Below are positions 1 through 8,402 of a DNA stretch of 52,214 bases, one piece after another (position 1 is the stretch's first letter; every line of letters starts with the position of its first letter). The DNA lies in IMG/VR virus record IMGVR_UViG_3300025645_000104, positions 1-52,214 of that record. The stretch is one strand, 5' to 3'. A program made the translations under genes and the position numbers. This stretch comes from a virus (taxonomy: Duplodnaviria; Caudoviricetes). Under the pieces are notes generated by a model. That model searched no databases. It had not been told where the DNA came from and worked only from the letters and a program-made list of their open reading frames with translations.

Positions 1-128
1 GAGTTTACTGTACTAAATGTACCACTAACTGAAATGTTAGTTGCAGAAAGAGTTCCTGTACTTGGATTATATTTTAAATCACCATCTGATTCTAAACCCA
101 AGTTACCACCGTCTAAGTCTCCACCTGA
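1..128. repeat. Imperfect copy of 52087-52214 (119/128 identical)
   Basis: Manual alignment of the two window ends; 9 substitutions, no indels. Confidence 0.95.
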
Positions 129-1910
129 TGTAAAGACAATAGCATTATTTTCGTTTGTGCTTTCGTTATCTGTAATAGTAACAGTTGTAGCTACCGCTGC
201 TGTACCAGTTGTGTCTTGGTTAAGTGTACCGATTACAAAGTCTAACGTATTATCACTATCATCGTAAGTAACTGTAACACCTGTTTCGGTATTAGAAGTT
301 ACCATAGCACCTACAGTATCACTAATTGTTTCTGCTAAAGTTACACCACCAATAGTAATTGCATCAGCTTCTAAAGTACCGTCTATATCTGCGTCACCAC
401 TAATGTCTAATGTAGCTGCATCAAGTTCTCCTGTAAGAGTAATGTTACGGAAACTTCCAATGTCTTTATTAGAATCGACAACTACAGCTTTTGAAGCTGC
501 TACAGTTCCTGCAGTAACTCCATCAATAGTTTCTAGTTCTGCTTCATTTATATCAGCACTTCCAATTACAAAACTTGTACCAGTAATAGCAGTACCTGTA
601 ATAGCTGCAGCACTTGCACCACCAATAATAGCACCGTCAACAGTACCTCCATTAATGTCTGCAGTATCTGCAACTAAAGCGTCTGTAGTAACTGTGCCGT
701 CAAAGTAAGCATCTTTAAACTCTGTTGAGCTTGTTCCTAAGTCTATGTCGTTATCTGTTGAAGGTACAATAGCTCCGTTAGTAAATGTAACTTGATTGTC
801 TCCTCCTGCTGCAATAGTTATTACATCTGATCCACTAAATGTAATTGAAGTATTAGTATCTCCGTCACCTGTAATAGAATCAAGTTGAATATCTCCTACA
901 TTAGTAATATCTGCATCATTAAAACTTGTAGCTCCTAATGAGTTTGCCGATGCTGTAGAAGTAAGACCAGCAACCATTGTAACTCCACCACCGTCTGCAA
1001 TTTGAATAGCATCATCACCATCTGTAAATGCAATAAGTGGAGTTTGTAGTTCTGTAGTAACTTCAAAGTTTGCTATAGTATCTATAGAGCTTTCAAAGTA
1101 AGTTTCAAAGTCAGTAAGAGCAACTTGCTTCATTGTACCACCGTCATTAACTACAACTCTATCAGCATCGGCTAATGTTGTAGAAGTAGCACTAGTGTCT
1201 CCATCTATTATATTTAGTTCTGCTGCAGTACTCGTTACACCATCAAGAATATTAAGTTCTGCTGCTGTGCTTGTTACATTTGTACCACCTATATCAAGTG
1301 TAGTCATTGAAACTTCACCTGCTACTGTTAATACTCCATCAGCAAGAGTCATTAAATCTGTATCTGATGTATGACCTATTGTAGTTCCGTTAACTATAAC
1401 ATTATCAACAGTAAGAGTTGTTAAAGTTCCTAAACTTGTAATATTAGACTGTGCAGCCGTTGTTACAGTTGCTGCAGTACCCGATACATTACCTGTAACA
1501 TCTCCTGTTAATGGACCTGCAAAAGCATCTGAAGTTACTGTACCATCAAAGTATGCATCTTTAAATTCTAATGAGCTTGTACCTAAATCTATATCATTAT
1601 CTGTAACAGGTACAATAGCTCCGTCTTGTATTCTTATTTGTTCTACGGCTGCACTAGATACTTCTACATAAATTCCCCAACGATTGTTAGTACTATCAGC
1701 TTCTATTTTATTAAGAAAATCTAAGTCACCTATTTTATAAATATTACCGCCTTGTGCTGTAGATCCATCATGTCGGTGTCCTGTAGATGATGCACTACTT
1801 GAAGAGTAAGCAAAAGCATTTAAAAGTTGATTATATTCGTTATTAAAAAGTGCAGCAGTAATGGTATCTCCATCAGCTATTGAACTTTGTCTAGTGTATG
1901 TTTGAGCCAT
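1..1910 (-). CDS. Tail fibre protein, N-terminal part (runs off the left end; absent from the ORF track)
   Basis: ATG at 1910 (MAQTYTRQSSIADGDTITAALFNNEYNQLL...), read by hand with no stop to base 1; G/T/D/A-rich with repeated modules; follows the tail genes and resembles the ORF at the right end. Confidence 0.85.
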   Translation of the reverse strand, partial: MAQTYTRQSSIADGDTITAALFNNEYNQLLNAFAYSSSSASSTGHRHDGSTAQGGNIYKIGDLDFLNKIEADSTNNRWGIYVEVSSAAVEQIRIQDGAIVPVTDNDIDLGTSSLEFKDAYFDGTVTSDAFAGPLTGDVTGNVSGTAATVTTAAQSNITSLGTLTTLTVDNVIVNGTTIGHTSDTDLMTLADGVLTVAGEVSMTTLDIGGTNVTSTAAELNILDGVTSTAAELNIIDGDTSATSTTLADADRVVVNDGGTMKQVALTDFETYFESSIDTIANFEVTTELQTPLIAFTDGDDAIQIADGGGVTMVAGLTSTASANSLGATSFNDADITNVGDIQLDSITGDGDTNTSITFSGSDVITIAAGGDNQVTFTNGAIVPSTDNDIDLGTSSTEFKDAYFDGTVTTDALVADTADINGGTVDGAIIGGASAAAITGTAITGTSFVIGSADINEAELETIDGVTAGTVAASKAVVVDSNKDIGSFRNITLTGELDAATLDISGDADIDGTLEADAITIGGVTLAETISDTVGAMVTSNTETGVTVTYDDSDNTLDFVIGTLNQDTTGTAAVATTVTITDNESTNENNAIVFTSGGDLDGGNLGLESDGDLKYNPSTGTLSATNISVSGTFSTVN

Positions 1911-1931
1911 AATTTAATTCTCTCTTTGTTA

Positions 1932-3548
1932 TTATTGTCTTCCCGATGGTCTGTAATTTATGTATAAGCCGTTTATTGTGTAAGGAGCATTTGTATCATT
2001 GCTAAATATTTTAAAGAAATTACTATGCCCACTTCCTGTTAATGTAGCTCTTACTAAAGGTTGTTCTGGCGCACCAAAAGTACTTGTACCAAATACTGCT
2101 GATGAATCTCCAAATATAGAAGGAGTTGCTGATATTATTCCTACATCTGTTGGTTGAAGTCTGTCTGTACTATCATAATCAAACCTAACTCTAAGTGTTG
2201 GCTCTACAGATCCTTCTGGAAATACAGAAACTTTAATGTGATCTAAAGTCTTTAAAGTTCCAAAGTCTCCGTAATCAAAATCTGGAGATTGATATTCTGC
2301 TTCTACGTTTGTTTCAGTTCCTGCAGGATTAAAACTATTTCCTGTATCGTGATTGTAAATATATCCGTCTCTGTCTCCGTGATATATTTTTTCTTTTCCT
2401 GAATAATTAAATCCAGAAGCTACTGCAGGAGCTTGTATTCCTTGTATTTCTGCCCATTCAAAACCTCTAGCTGTAAGAGTTCCTATAATTCCTTTTGAAT
2501 TAGTTGTTGAAGCATTTGAAGCACTGTAATAAAGTCTATATTGTGATTTATCTCTAAGTACTACACTGCTGTATTCAGAAGTAATTGTACTACTAAAAAT
2601 ATCATTTATAATAGGTTGAATAGATTTACTAATAGTTCCAAGTTCAACGTCACCAATTCTTGCTGTACCTGCAATGGTTCTAAAACCATCAGGAGCTAAG
2701 AAGATTAAGTCACCTGCAAATTCCTGTATAGTTTTACCATCTACACAACCTACGTTTTTAGTAACTGGTACAATAGCTATAGTACTTGAGTTATTTATGT
2801 TCTGTAACTTATATATAGAGTTTTTACAGAATATAAAAAGTTCATCACGGAAAGATTTAAGACCAACTACTTGATCATCGAGTACGATACTGCCTGATCC
2901 TGTAGATGTAAAATCATCTATATCGCTTGTACCACTATAAAATATAGTATTTAAAGCTGTAGCTGCTCCTGCAACTACTAAATGTTTATCGTGTATTACA
3001 CAATATTTTGGATAATGTGTTCCGCTTACTGTTATTTCTTTAGCAAAAAAAGTTCTGTTTGTTATATCAGAATCTGTACCTGTCATTTTAAAATAAAAAG
3101 GTTTTACTCCAGAGCCTTCATCAGTAATGATAACTTCTCCGTATATTGTATTTCCTTCAAAAGTAGCAAAGTGTGTTTTACTTTGTGAAGTTCTTGCAGA
3201 AGCACTACGACCTGTAAAAGTACTGTAGTTATCTCCTCCACCTGCAACACTTGCTTTATTTATTTGTAACCAACTATTACCATCTTGACTAAAATATATA
3301 TTAGTACCTGACGAAGCTAATACACCATCAGCATAAACGTGCATACCTAATATTTCATTAGAGCTATTAGGTCTTGTACCGTCACCTAATTGCGTATAGC
3401 CATTAATTCTTCTGTAGCCACCTTTTGTAGAGACTTCAAAATTTTTTAATCTTGTTGCTTTTCCCGGAGTTTGTAAAAGCTCTAATGAATTACTAGACTT
3501 ATCTAAACCACCTTGCAACGCAACTGAAAAAGGTTGTGATGCTGCCAT
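1932..3548 (-). CDS. Podovirus tail nozzle / DNA stabilisation protein (P22 gp10 or tail tubular B-like)
   Basis: 538 aa, beta-rich; lies between adaptor and fibre genes. Confidence 0.7.
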   Translation of the reverse strand: MAASQPFSVALQGGLDKSSNSLELLQTPGKATRLKNFEVSTKGGYRRINGYTQLGDGTRPNSSNEILGMHVYADGVLASSGTNIYFSQDGNSWLQINKASVAGGGDNYSTFTGRSASARTSQSKTHFATFEGNTIYGEVIITDEGSGVKPFYFKMTGTDSDITNRTFFAKEITVSGTHYPKYCVIHDKHLVVAGAATALNTIFYSGTSDIDDFTSTGSGSIVLDDQVVGLKSFRDELFIFCKNSIYKLQNINNSSTIAIVPVTKNVGCVDGKTIQEFAGDLIFLAPDGFRTIAGTARIGDVELGTISKSIQPIINDIFSSTITSEYSSVVLRDKSQYRLYYSASNASTTNSKGIIGTLTARGFEWAEIQGIQAPAVASGFNYSGKEKIYHGDRDGYIYNHDTGNSFNPAGTETNVEAEYQSPDFDYGDFGTLKTLDHIKVSVFPEGSVEPTLRVRFDYDSTDRLQPTDVGIISATPSIFGDSSAVFGTSTFGAPEQPLVRATLTGSGHSNFFKIFSNDTNAPYTINGLYINYRPSGRQ

Positions 3549-4315
3549 TAGAAATAAATCCTATCATCTGTCATGTTTTTAGGTTGAGGATTAATAAGAT
3601 TAGATTTCATTGTTCTCATACCTTTTTTATAATCATCTAACGCAAAAGCTGCCTGCTGTAAACTTTCTTTAAACTGATGTACGTAATAACGTGTTCTTGC
3701 TGTAATAACAGAAGCATATTGATCTGGTAATACAATCGCATCTCCATGTGCAGAAAGAGCAGTAGGTGCATCATATGCATAAAAATGTACGTTATATACT
3801 TTATCAGGTATAGGACTTAATCCAAATTTGCGATTATCAGGACTACGAATAACATACTTGGGTTCTCCATAAGTTTGTGCGTCAGCATCGTCTGCATTTT
3901 CTGAATCTCTTAAATATCTTGTCCAGTCTGCAAGTGTTATAAACTTTAAACCTTTAGATACAAAAGGTGCAGATTCGCCTGACACACTAATTGTAGTTAT
4001 ATAAAAATCATCCCAATCTATAGAAGCATAGTCTGTAGTAATACTAGAGCTTCCTGCTTTGAGAGTGTACCAACGCTGTCCTGCTACTGACGCTACTGTA
4101 ACATTGCCGTAAAATGGATCTGTGCTTCCACTAGCTGCTGCTGCAAAAAAAGGAAGTTGAGGTTCTTGGTTAGCTATATCATTTAATGATCTATTAATTG
4201 ATTCTTTAACAAACGCTTGTATTCCTACAGCACTTGAAAAGTTTGCAGAAGTTAGTTGAACTTCATTGAGTTCTCTAAGAACTTCATTAGTCATTGTTAG
4301 ATATGTTGTAGCCAT
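3548..4315 (-). CDS. Head-tail adaptor (tail tubular A-like)
   Basis: N-terminus TYLTMTNEVLRELNE typical of podovirus adaptors; downstream of capsid genes. Confidence 0.7.
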   Translation of the reverse strand: MATTYLTMTNEVLRELNEVQLTSANFSSAVGIQAFVKESINRSLNDIANQEPQLPFFAAAASGSTDPFYGNVTVASVAGQRWYTLKAGSSSITTDYASIDWDDFYITTISVSGESAPFVSKGLKFITLADWTRYLRDSENADDADAQTYGEPKYVIRSPDNRKFGLSPIPDKVYNVHFYAYDAPTALSAHGDAIVLPDQYASVITARTRYYVHQFKESLQQAAFALDDYKKGMRTMKSNLINPQPKNMTDDRIYF

Positions 4316-4482
4316 TACTTGCCCTTTTTCTTTTTACTAAATATACGATCATAGTTATCAGCGTATTTCTGCTTTGCTTCACCAGAATATGCGCTACCTA
4401 ACAATCCTAAGACTCTAGTGCTTTTGGGCTTACTAGAGCCATTTAGGATCATAGGATTTTTATCGTTACCTAACTGTGGCAT
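4315..4482 (-). CDS. Small basic hypothetical protein (55 aa)
   Basis: MPQLGNDKNPMILNG...YADNYDRIFSKKKKGK; fills the gap, TAATG coupling to the next gene. Confidence 0.7.
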   Translation of the reverse strand: MPQLGNDKNPMILNGSSKPKSTRVLGLLGSAYSGEAKQKYADNYDRIFSKKKKGK

Positions 4483-4484
4483 TT

Positions 4485-5072
4485 TTAATCAGGGGTTGAG
4501 CCAAGATGTAAAAACTCTACTAAGTAAGTAACTGTTGTAGCTGCCGTAGCAAGATCGTTTGCTAGTGGCTTAAGACGAGCGTAAAGTGTACGAGCAGCAG
4601 CACTATATAACGTAGAGGCTATAACAATAGCTTCTGAAGTTGCTGGTCCGCCTACTACACCTGCTGTTACTCCTGTACCTACAAAAGCGTTAGCTGCGTG
4701 TCCGTGTGAGTTTTGAATAATATACAAAGGTGCGTTTGCTGTCCAAGTTACTGCTGATCCACCATCGTCTAAGATAGCTTTTTCATCAATAATTTGACCA
4801 CCACCTGCTGCAGTACCTAAATCAAAATCAACATCATCACCTGAAGCTCCTGCTGTAACAATGTTACCTGCAGGTATGGCAATAAGATTTCTGATAATAG
4901 TATCAGCGGGTTGTGTAAATGAAACATCGTAAGTAGCGTCAGCAGTAACTGCAATAGTTCCTGTTGTAGCTGAAGTCCACGAGTTGCAAATATTGTCAGC
5001 AATTTGCCCAACATCGACTGTTCGAGCTGAGTTGCGCCCTGTATCACGTACTTTAAATACTGGGTTTGACAT
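4485..5072 (-). CDS. Putative capsid decoration / minor virion protein
   Basis: 195 aa, A/T/G-rich, AGGAG RBS, directly after MCP. Confidence 0.55.
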   Translation of the reverse strand: MSNPVFKVRDTGRNSARTVDVGQIADNICNSWTSATTGTIAVTADATYDVSFTQPADTIIRNLIAIPAGNIVTAGASGDDVDFDLGTAAGGGQIIDEKAILDDGGSAVTWTANAPLYIIQNSHGHAANAFVGTGVTAGVVGGPATSEAIVIASTLYSAAARTLYARLKPLANDLATAATTVTYLVEFLHLGSTPD

Positions 5073-5113
5073 ATTATGTCTCCTTGTTTGGGTTTAAATA
5101 AAATTTGTACTCT

Positions 5114-5144
5114 AAAAAAAGAAAGGGAGGTTTTTACACCTCCC
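5114..5144 (-). terminator. Intrinsic terminator after the major capsid gene
   Basis: Minus strand GGGAGG-loop-CCTCCC followed by TTTCTTTTTTT. Confidence 0.85.
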
Positions 5145-5152
5145 AAATCTAT

Positions 5153-6142
5153 TTAGTCAATACCATAGAAAGCAGAAACTAATGCTTCGCCACGTAGTAC
5201 TTTTCCACCATAAACATGGAGTCCTCGTACTATGTCGCCAAAGCTATCAGGATCACGCAATACTTCAGTACTTGTAATCGTCTGAGCAGTAGCTGTAGAT
5301 GACATATGACCAGCAATACATTTACCTGCAGCATTAGTTGTTGCAGCAATGTTGTTTGACTTGTACATATCGAATCCACGTAGTTTTCCACTTGAGACTA
5401 GACCATTTCTAATAGAACCTTGACCTGCGTTATAATCAACAGACAAAAGTTTTGACGATGAACTCGCAAGAACTTCGTAGAAATCAGGTGATGCTAAGAA
5501 CCATCGACCTTCTTCTGGAATGTTCTGTTCGTCAAGCAAACGAGCCATATGTGACAATACGTCAATAGGATCGTGTTCACTTGAAGCAAAACCGATGTCA
5601 AGATTACCAGTTCCATCAAATGTGCCTGCAGCTAAATCAGTAGCGTTGTCAGAACCAAGTATATGGTTAGGACTTGCTGCAGATACACCTGCGAACATAG
5701 TAGCGATGATACCTTCATCATAAGCATCACGAAGAGCATATGCTGCAGATGAACTAGCAACTTCTTTAAAGTTCACGTGAGACATTGAAGTTTCAATATC
5801 ATCAACGATGAATTTAAATGCGTTAGCTGTATCAACTACAAGAGTCAACTCTTGATCAGTTAATTTAGTAGCTGTAACATCTGCACCACGTTCGTATTGG
5901 TACACAGTGATTTCAGGTTCTTTTATAATCTTTACGGAATCTCCGAAAGCGGCAATCTCACCAGCATAATCTGTGTTGGTGATCGCTTCTACAACCGAAG
6001 CCTTTCTAAAGAAGTTGAGAACCTTTTTAGAGTAGACTGCGGGAAGGAAAAACGAATTAGTTTGACCGCTGACGGAGTTCGCAAAGTTAGCGTTAGTATC
6101 AGTACTTGGTTCAAAGAACTGATCTGATTGGTTATAAGCCAT
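5153..6142 (-). CDS. Major capsid protein
   Basis: 329 aa with FLPAVYSKKVLNFFRK...ITNTDYAGEI...GDSVKI and FGDIVRGLHVYG motifs; after the scaffold, followed by a terminator. Confidence 0.9.
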   Translation of the reverse strand: MAYNQSDQFFEPSTDTNANFANSVSGQTNSFFLPAVYSKKVLNFFRKASVVEAITNTDYAGEIAAFGDSVKIIKEPEITVYQYERGADVTATKLTDQELTLVVDTANAFKFIVDDIETSMSHVNFKEVASSSAAYALRDAYDEGIIATMFAGVSAASPNHILGSDNATDLAAGTFDGTGNLDIGFASSEHDPIDVLSHMARLLDEQNIPEEGRWFLASPDFYEVLASSSSKLLSVDYNAGQGSIRNGLVSSGKLRGFDMYKSNNIAATTNAAGKCIAGHMSSTATAQTITSTEVLRDPDSFGDIVRGLHVYGGKVLRGEALVSAFYGID

Positions 6143-6183
6143 TTTACTTCTCCATTATTTTATCAAATTAAAAGTTATTGTTT

Positions 6184-7059
6184 TTATTTAACTACTCTGC
6201 CTTCGTGAATTGCTCGACCAATTTCTTCTTCAAAACGATCAAACTCATCAATAGACATATTAGCTATTTCCCTTTCAGTCCAAATTTTTTCCTGCTTTGG
6301 ATCAACTGAAGTTGTTTTAGTTGAAACCATATCAGCAGCAGATTTTTTGGACTTAGCTGAAGATGGTTTTTTAGCTTTAGAAGAAGTGTCAATGTTTAAA
6401 TCTTTTTTAAATAAATCTAAAGCTCGGCTTGCTAGATCAGCATCATCTGCATTATTATATATCCAATCTTGAATTGACTCAGGTTGTTCTTTAGCCCAAC
6501 TATGAAAATCTTCACTGTTGCGAATATCATCAAAGTCAGGATGTTTAGATAAGAGTCTACTCTCAGCTTCACGTTGTAGTATTTCTATTTCACGTTTTTC
6601 AAGTGATGAAATTTTATCTTCTAAAGATTTTATACTTTCACCGCTTTTCATTTGTGATACAGTTTCTACAACATCGTACACATCTGGATATTGTTTTTTA
6701 AACTCTTCAAGTTCTTCAGCAGTTTTTGGAGCTTTATAGTTTTGTTTGCTAGTATTAGCAGCTTCTTCTATAAGTGTCTTTTCTCTACTTTTAAACTCGT
6801 TAAGTTTTTTATCATAATGAGATTTTAAATCATCGTATCTTTTCTTATAGTCAGGTTTTTTATAAGGTTGATTTTTAGATGCTGCTTCTTTAACAGGAGT
6901 TTCTTCGCTGTTAGTTTCTGTAGCTTCTACTTTATCTTCCTTTGGTTTATTAAAAAACGCACTATCAGCAGATACAAATTCTTTTTCATCACTAGTATGC
7001 CAGTCTTTATTTTTATTATAAGGATTAGCTTTTGGTTCTTCTTTCGCTTGTGTTGCCAT
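6184..7059 (-). CDS. Capsid scaffolding protein
   Basis: Charged coiled coil, DYKKRYDDLK, C-terminal ..AIHEGRV; directly upstream of MCP. Confidence 0.8.
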   Translation of the reverse strand: MATQAKEEPKANPYNKNKDWHTSDEKEFVSADSAFFNKPKEDKVEATETNSEETPVKEAASKNQPYKKPDYKKRYDDLKSHYDKKLNEFKSREKTLIEEAANTSKQNYKAPKTAEELEEFKKQYPDVYDVVETVSQMKSGESIKSLEDKISSLEKREIEILQREAESRLLSKHPDFDDIRNSEDFHSWAKEQPESIQDWIYNNADDADLASRALDLFKKDLNIDTSSKAKKPSSAKSKKSAADMVSTKTTSVDPKQEKIWTEREIANMSIDEFDRFEEEIGRAIHEGRVVK

Positions 7060-7066
7060 CTTCTTA

Positions 7067-7184
7067 CTCCTACTAAGGGCTTTGTTTACAAGGTAGCTCT
7101 ATGTCGACTAGAGGGCTTGTTTGTAAAGGTCGCCTTTCGGTTATTATTGTGATAGAGGGCTTAAACTTCTAAGGTAGCTCTATC
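7067..7184 (-). promoter_or_regulatory. Structured mRNA leader of the scaffold gene
   Basis: Two hairpins with three C(U/G)AC/CC internal loops ending next to the AGGAG RBS. Confidence 0.7.
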
Positions 7185-7185
7185 G

Positions 7186-8178
7186 TTATTGCAAACGTGG
7201 ATTAACAGACAACATACTTCTACGTATTTCTTCGTCTACCAAGTCTTCATCTATAGATTTACCAAATTGGTCTACTTTAGATTCGTCTTGAATTGATCCA
7301 CCCATTGCTACTTGCTTTCTGTTATCACTAACTTCTTCTGCAGAGTCCATCATGTTCTGTAAATTATCAGAACCTATTTCATCTGTAGCTTTTGCTGTAA
7401 TAACAAACTCACCATCCGATAACCTTGCGGGTATCGAATCGGAGACTTCAGAGCCTAAACCTTCAACAGGTCCATCCCCTGAAAATTCTGAAGCTGTGTC
7501 CATAACCTTGTCAAAGATCATGCTTAATCTATCATCAGCTTGTAATGCTTGCATTAGATAAGATTCTTCTTCTTGATCTAATGATTCGTTAATTATAAAA
7601 TCTAAATGGTCTTGTTCCATTTGTTCATCTGGAATCATATCCATTTCTTCTGTAGGCATTGGCATACTTTCTGCAGGCATCATATTTGGCATTTGAGAAT
7701 CCATGCTTCCTCCTTCTTCATAGCCCATTCTAGCTACAACTTCTGGAGCTTCTTTTCTTAATGCTTCAATACCTTTACCACCTTCTTTATAAGACATACG
7801 ATCTTCATCATCGCTTAACATACCACCACTATATTTGTTATCTCTAAGTTTTTCAGTTTCTTTAGTTTTTTTAATAGGATTATATTCTTTATATCCTTGT
7901 TTATTTAACTGCTCAAGCATAGTTTTTAAAACTTTATCTGCTGTAGTATTTGAATCTTTTGCAATACTCTGAGCATCTAGAGTTAATGAGGCATGGTTAT
8001 AGCCTTTACCAAAAACTTTTTCTAAAGTAGTAGGCTCTGCGTTAGCTACGTCTATATATGTTTTAACTACTGAAGCTATTTTTTTATCTACAGTTGTATC
8101 TTCTACTTCTACTTCATTACCTTCTTGATAACCTATTCTGGTTTTATCATCAGTTAACATTCCTTTTTTCTTTTTCAT
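7186..8178 (-). CDS. Head-module protein with SDSIPARLSDGEFV motif and repeated RxxΦxxGG
   Basis: 330 aa acidic ORF between portal and scaffold. Confidence 0.7.
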   Translation of the reverse strand: MKKKKGMLTDDKTRIGYQEGNEVEVEDTTVDKKIASVVKTYIDVANAEPTTLEKVFGKGYNHASLTLDAQSIAKDSNTTADKVLKTMLEQLNKQGYKEYNPIKKTKETEKLRDNKYSGGMLSDDEDRMSYKEGGKGIEALRKEAPEVVARMGYEEGGSMDSQMPNMMPAESMPMPTEEMDMIPDEQMEQDHLDFIINESLDQEEESYLMQALQADDRLSMIFDKVMDTASEFSGDGPVEGLGSEVSDSIPARLSDGEFVITAKATDEIGSDNLQNMMDSAEEVSDNRKQVAMGGSIQDESKVDQFGKSIDEDLVDEEIRRSMLSVNPRLQ

Positions 8179-8402
8179 TATCTGCTCTCTTTAATTACTT
8201 GTTTAACCGATTGGGGGAGCTGAAGCAACCGTTCCAGAGAATTGATCTTCCCCTGACTGCGGAACATTTCCAGTTCCGATGTTGCCACCGCCAGTACCTG
8301 TAACTCCAAGTTCTTGTGGTGATTGAGGTAATCCTCCAGCGGCAGCCATTGTGGGCTGTTGACCAGTGGGTTCAGTCTCTGTGCTTGTTTCTTGTCCAGC
8401 AT
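8178..8402 (-). CDS. Small head-assembly protein overlapping the portal 3' end
   Basis: 74 aa helical ORF (W..LEDYL...MFRSQGKI..L..LL.L); stop coupled to the next ATG. Confidence 0.7.
   Translation of the reverse strand: MLDKKQAQRLNPLVNSPQWLPLEDYLNHHKNLELQVLAVATSELEMFRSQGKINSLERLLQLPQSVKQVIKESR

Noticed and set aside
1-128. End repeat as a diversity-generating retroelement TR/VR pair or a true terminal repeat
   Set aside because: Mismatches are not adenine-specific and are mostly synonymous, no reverse transcriptase is present, and the repeat lies inside a gene
4817-5146. Possible frameshift extension of the capsid protein (T7 10B-like)
   Set aside because: No slippery site at the MCP end, it crosses the terminator, and it overlaps a better ORF out of frame
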